From positions 1-26,300 of IMG/VR virus record IMGVR_UViG_3300011444_000185: a stretch of 26,300 nt of DNA, one strand, 5' to 3'. Of this stretch, positions 23,827-26,300 are shown one piece after another. The notes beneath the pieces were generated by a model that did no database searches, was not told where the DNA came from, and saw only the letters and a program-made list of their open reading frames with translations. Each line of letters begins with the position of its first letter. Position 1 is the first letter of the stretch. The translations under genes were made by a program, and so were the position numbers. Source of the DNA: a virus (Duplodnaviria; Caudoviricetes).

Positions 23827-23901
23827 CCTTTGGTCGTTCACACCGGCCGGGACCAATTCTCTTCGAATTGGTGCCCGCCGACCGCTCGCCAGGTTTTTGT
23901 T

Positions 23902-24606
23902 ATGCGACTCGTTCCCACCCGCTGCATTCGTTCGCACCGCCCGTTCCAGGGAACCGGCGCGTCGCTGTATATCGGCGTCGGCACGCCCGGTGCGATCGCG
24001 TACCGGAACAACCGGCTGTGGCCGATTGGCGGCATGTTCACCGCGCTGGGAGGCAGCAAGATCGGCGGCGCGAACACGCTCAAAACCGCCCGCGTCGCCT
24101 CGGTCGCCGATCCGACGCACGCCATTCCCTACACGCTGCCCGGCACGCTGGCGAGCCAGACGGTGTTCGCCCAGGTGCGGACCTACAAAGACGATTGCGA
24201 ATGTGAAACCAATTTCCGGCCGGTCCGCATCGAGCTCGACGGCAGCCTGGCCGACGCCACGGGGATCCACGGCACGGCGACGCTCCTTTCGCAGGAGAAA
24301 CGGGACGGCGGCATCGTGCGGCTGCGGTTCGTCTACAACGCCAGCCTGACGGGGATTCAGCCGACGCTGTTTCGCGCCCTGCGGACCGCCGGCCCGACGT
24401 CGCCGGCCGACGCCACCGTGAGTTACCTCCCCAAAAGCGGCCCGATCGAAATCGACACTCCGGCGCTGTCTGACGCCTCCGCTTACACATATACGCTCCG
24501 CGCCGAGAACGGCGCGACGACGCAAAACCTGATCACCGGTCTATCGGTCCAAGCCGACGCGACCGGTCCCACCGCTCCCACGTCGGGCAGCGCCATTTCC
24601 TGGTAA
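23902..24606 (+). CDS. putative tail protein, FN3-like C-terminus
   Basis: ATG at 23902 within the 22996..24606 frame; ALSDASAYTYTLRAENG...ADATGPTAP. Confidence 0.7.
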   Translation: MRLVPTRCIRSHRPFQGTGASLYIGVGTPGAIAYRNNRLWPIGGMFTALGGSKIGGANTLKTARVASVADPTHAIPYTLPGTLASQTVFAQVRTYKDDCECETNFRPVRIELDGSLADATGIHGTATLLSQEKRDGGIVRLRFVYNASLTGIQPTLFRALRTAGPTSPADATVSYLPKSGPIEIDTPALSDASAYTYTLRAENGATTQNLITGLSVQADATGPTAPTSGSAISW

Positions 24607-24613
24607 CCACGAA

Positions 24614-24690
24614 GACCTGAGGCCTGAGACTTCAGGCCCGAGGAAAACGCATCCCTGCCTCAAGTCTCAAGCCTGCCACCTCAAGCCTGC
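24614..24690. repeat. inverted arrays of 7-bp units
   Basis: Left CCTGAGG CCTGAGA CTTCAGG CCCGAGG; right CCTCAAG TCTCAAG CCTGCCA CCTCAAG; local perfect hairpin GGCCTGA-GACT-TCAGGCC at 24621-24638. Confidence 0.7.
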
Positions 24691-24696
24691 TTTCCC

Positions 24697-26300
24697 ATGC
24701 CTGTTGTCCCTCAAAATCCCGTGACGTCGCTCCCTATGCAGGGGCAACCGTTTGGGGTCTACCTGGGGGGCCAGGACGGCGTTTCGGTGACGTCGGAAGA
24801 TCTCAGCAGCGAGCTGCAACTGGTCAGCCTGACGCGCTCGGCCGGCGGGACGCATCTGGACCATTGCACCGTGGCCCTGTCGCTCGGCGCGAAGGGCCGG
24901 CATCTGATCGACTTGAACACACCGCTCGCGTTCGAACGCAAGCTGCAGGTCCGCCTGGCAGTCCCCGCAGAAGACGACGCCGAACAGGACCAGGAAGCAT
25001 TCCCCGCGGCTGCGCTCTTTTCCGGCGAAGTGGCCACCCAGGCGGTGCGGCTCGGCCGTGACACCGAGGCGGCGATGCTCACGGCGCGAATCGAGCCCTG
25101 GCATTTCGGGGACCCGCTCATGGGGCCGAAGTTCCTCGACGTCGACGGTGTGACGATCCTCGAGCCCGACCTGCCCATCCTGTTCAACCCGGAAATCGAC
25201 GGCGTCGTCGAGCCGAACATGAGCTCCCTGGCGGCGCCGCCTGGCGACACCGAGGATTTTCCGCTCTGGCTCGATCCCGAATCGCGTCGCACGACGCCGG
25301 CCGAAACGCTGCAGGACCAGGAAGCCGTTGCGTGGGACCTCGCGCATGCCGTCCTGGCGCTCTGCTCGTGGGCCAACCGGCTCGAGAACTTCGTCGACAA
25401 TCCGACGATTGAAGAGCTACAGGGAGTGATCGAAGAGCCTCCCGAGCTGCGGAACATCAAGCTGGAGCGCGGCAAGCGGTTGCCTGAGCTGCTCGACGCG
25501 CTCCTGTCGCGGTTCGGTTACTCGTGGTTTGTGCAGCCGGTGATCGAAGAGACGGACGCCGAGGGAGAAGAGCTGACCGAACCGCTGGTCACGAATCACA
25601 TTCGGGTGTTCAAACTCGGCGCGGGGCAGGAAGCGGAGTTGTATCTGCAGCGTCCTGGGACGACCGAGTCCGGGCCGATCGCCGTCGACGCGGGCAAATC
25701 GAACGTTCCCGACCTGGGCATCGACTGGAACATTGCCGACATGGCCAACGAGATCATCGGCGAGGGGGCGCTGCTCGAGATCGAAGGGACGTTCGAGCTG
25801 TACCGCGCCTGGCCGGACGACGACGACGACCTGACGGCCGACCAGCTCCACAAGGTCGACGAATCGAGCGACGAAATCGACCTGGCCGACTCCGTCTTCC
25901 TGGCGCATCCCAACGCCTGGCGGAAGTGGGTGCTGAACGAGGCGGGAGATTATTGCAACACTCGCACCGGCGCGGCCGCGCCGATCGGCGACACGCCGTT
26001 CGACCTGAAACCGTTCCTCGGCGATCAAACCGTCGTCAAGCGCCGCCGGTTTCATCACTGCCTCACCAAAGACCAGGAAGGGGAGCGCCGCGACGTCTTC
26101 GTGCAGTACCGGGATCCCGACGTCGCCGGCGACAGCGACCCCGGAGCCTGGAAAGCACTCCCGCACGAGACCTGGTCGAACGTCGGGTATCACGTTCTCG
26201 ACAAGGAATGCGGCATCTACTTTTCGGGGGCGACCCCGCCCGCGCAGCTGATGGAGCTCGACGATACGTCGACCGGAGCGGCCCGCATCCGTGTGACCGC
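24697..26300 (+). CDS. large acidic tail/baseplate hub-like protein, 3' truncated by window edge
   Basis: Not in the ORF track (no stop). Frame open from ATG 24697 (MPVVPQNPVTSLPMQGQPFGVYLGG...) to the edge; L-x-ELLDALL-x-x-FGYSWFV is a hub-like pattern. Confidence 0.75.
   Translation, partial: MPVVPQNPVTSLPMQGQPFGVYLGGQDGVSVTSEDLSSELQLVSLTRSAGGTHLDHCTVALSLGAKGRHLIDLNTPLAFERKLQVRLAVPAEDDAEQDQEAFPAAALFSGEVATQAVRLGRDTEAAMLTARIEPWHFGDPLMGPKFLDVDGVTILEPDLPILFNPEIDGVVEPNMSSLAAPPGDTEDFPLWLDPESRRTTPAETLQDQEAVAWDLAHAVLALCSWANRLENFVDNPTIEELQGVIEEPPELRNIKLERGKRLPELLDALLSRFGYSWFVQPVIEETDAEGEELTEPLVTNHIRVFKLGAGQEAELYLQRPGTTESGPIAVDAGKSNVPDLGIDWNIADMANEIIGEGALLEIEGTFELYRAWPDDDDDLTADQLHKVDESSDEIDLADSVFLAHPNAWRKWVLNEAGDYCNTRTGAAAPIGDTPFDLKPFLGDQTVVKRRRFHHCLTKDQEGERRDVFVQYRDPDVAGDSDPGAWKALPHETWSNVGYHVLDKECGIYFSGATPPAQLMELDDTSTGAARIRVT

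Noticed and set aside
22996-23901. N-terminal 300 aa of the 536-aa track ORF
   Set aside because: Off-frame overlap of gene 22895-23794 that runs through a REP; the plausible start is ATG 23902. The extensions at 5100, 8896, 11230 and 17570 were trimmed on similar grounds.
22261-26300. Diversity-generating retroelement or tail-fibre shufflon
   Set aside because: No reverse transcriptase, invertase or TR/VR pair seen in the window; cannot be excluded beyond the right edge.
1-26300. tRNA/rRNA genes, integrase or att sites
   Set aside because: None recognised by eye in this window.

Overview
GC-rich late region of a temperate, lambda-like dsDNA tailed (pro)phage, almost all on the + strand. 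The host is probably Planctomycetota; this is an inference from the repeat style, a CPNGQC-type motif and starts lacking Shine-Dalgarno (SD) sites. Order from the left: 3' end of a Mu Gam-like gene; a small divergent regulatory switch with three phased GTGTCTACATGT sites; an unusual envelope/lysis-position module (holin-like protein, permuted NlpC/P60 enzyme, a hidden 36-aa membrane peptide, C39-like peptidase, two membrane proteins, exported NucA-type nuclease); a lambda-like cos region; terminase small and large subunits; gpW-like protein; lambda-type portal; S49 protease with a nested scaffold start; decoration protein; major capsid protein; head-tail connectors; tail tube, chaperone and short tape measure; then distal tail genes running off the right edge. 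A complete 1599-bp IS1595-family element (24-bp IRs, 8-bp TSD) carries its own promoter and two small passenger ORFs and splits a 70-aa accessory gene. Non-coding features include three near-identical 29-bp REP-like hairpins, a three-way-junction RNA candidate upstream of the capsid gene, two terminators and heptamer repeats. All protein calls rest on motif recognition and gene order, not on database searches.
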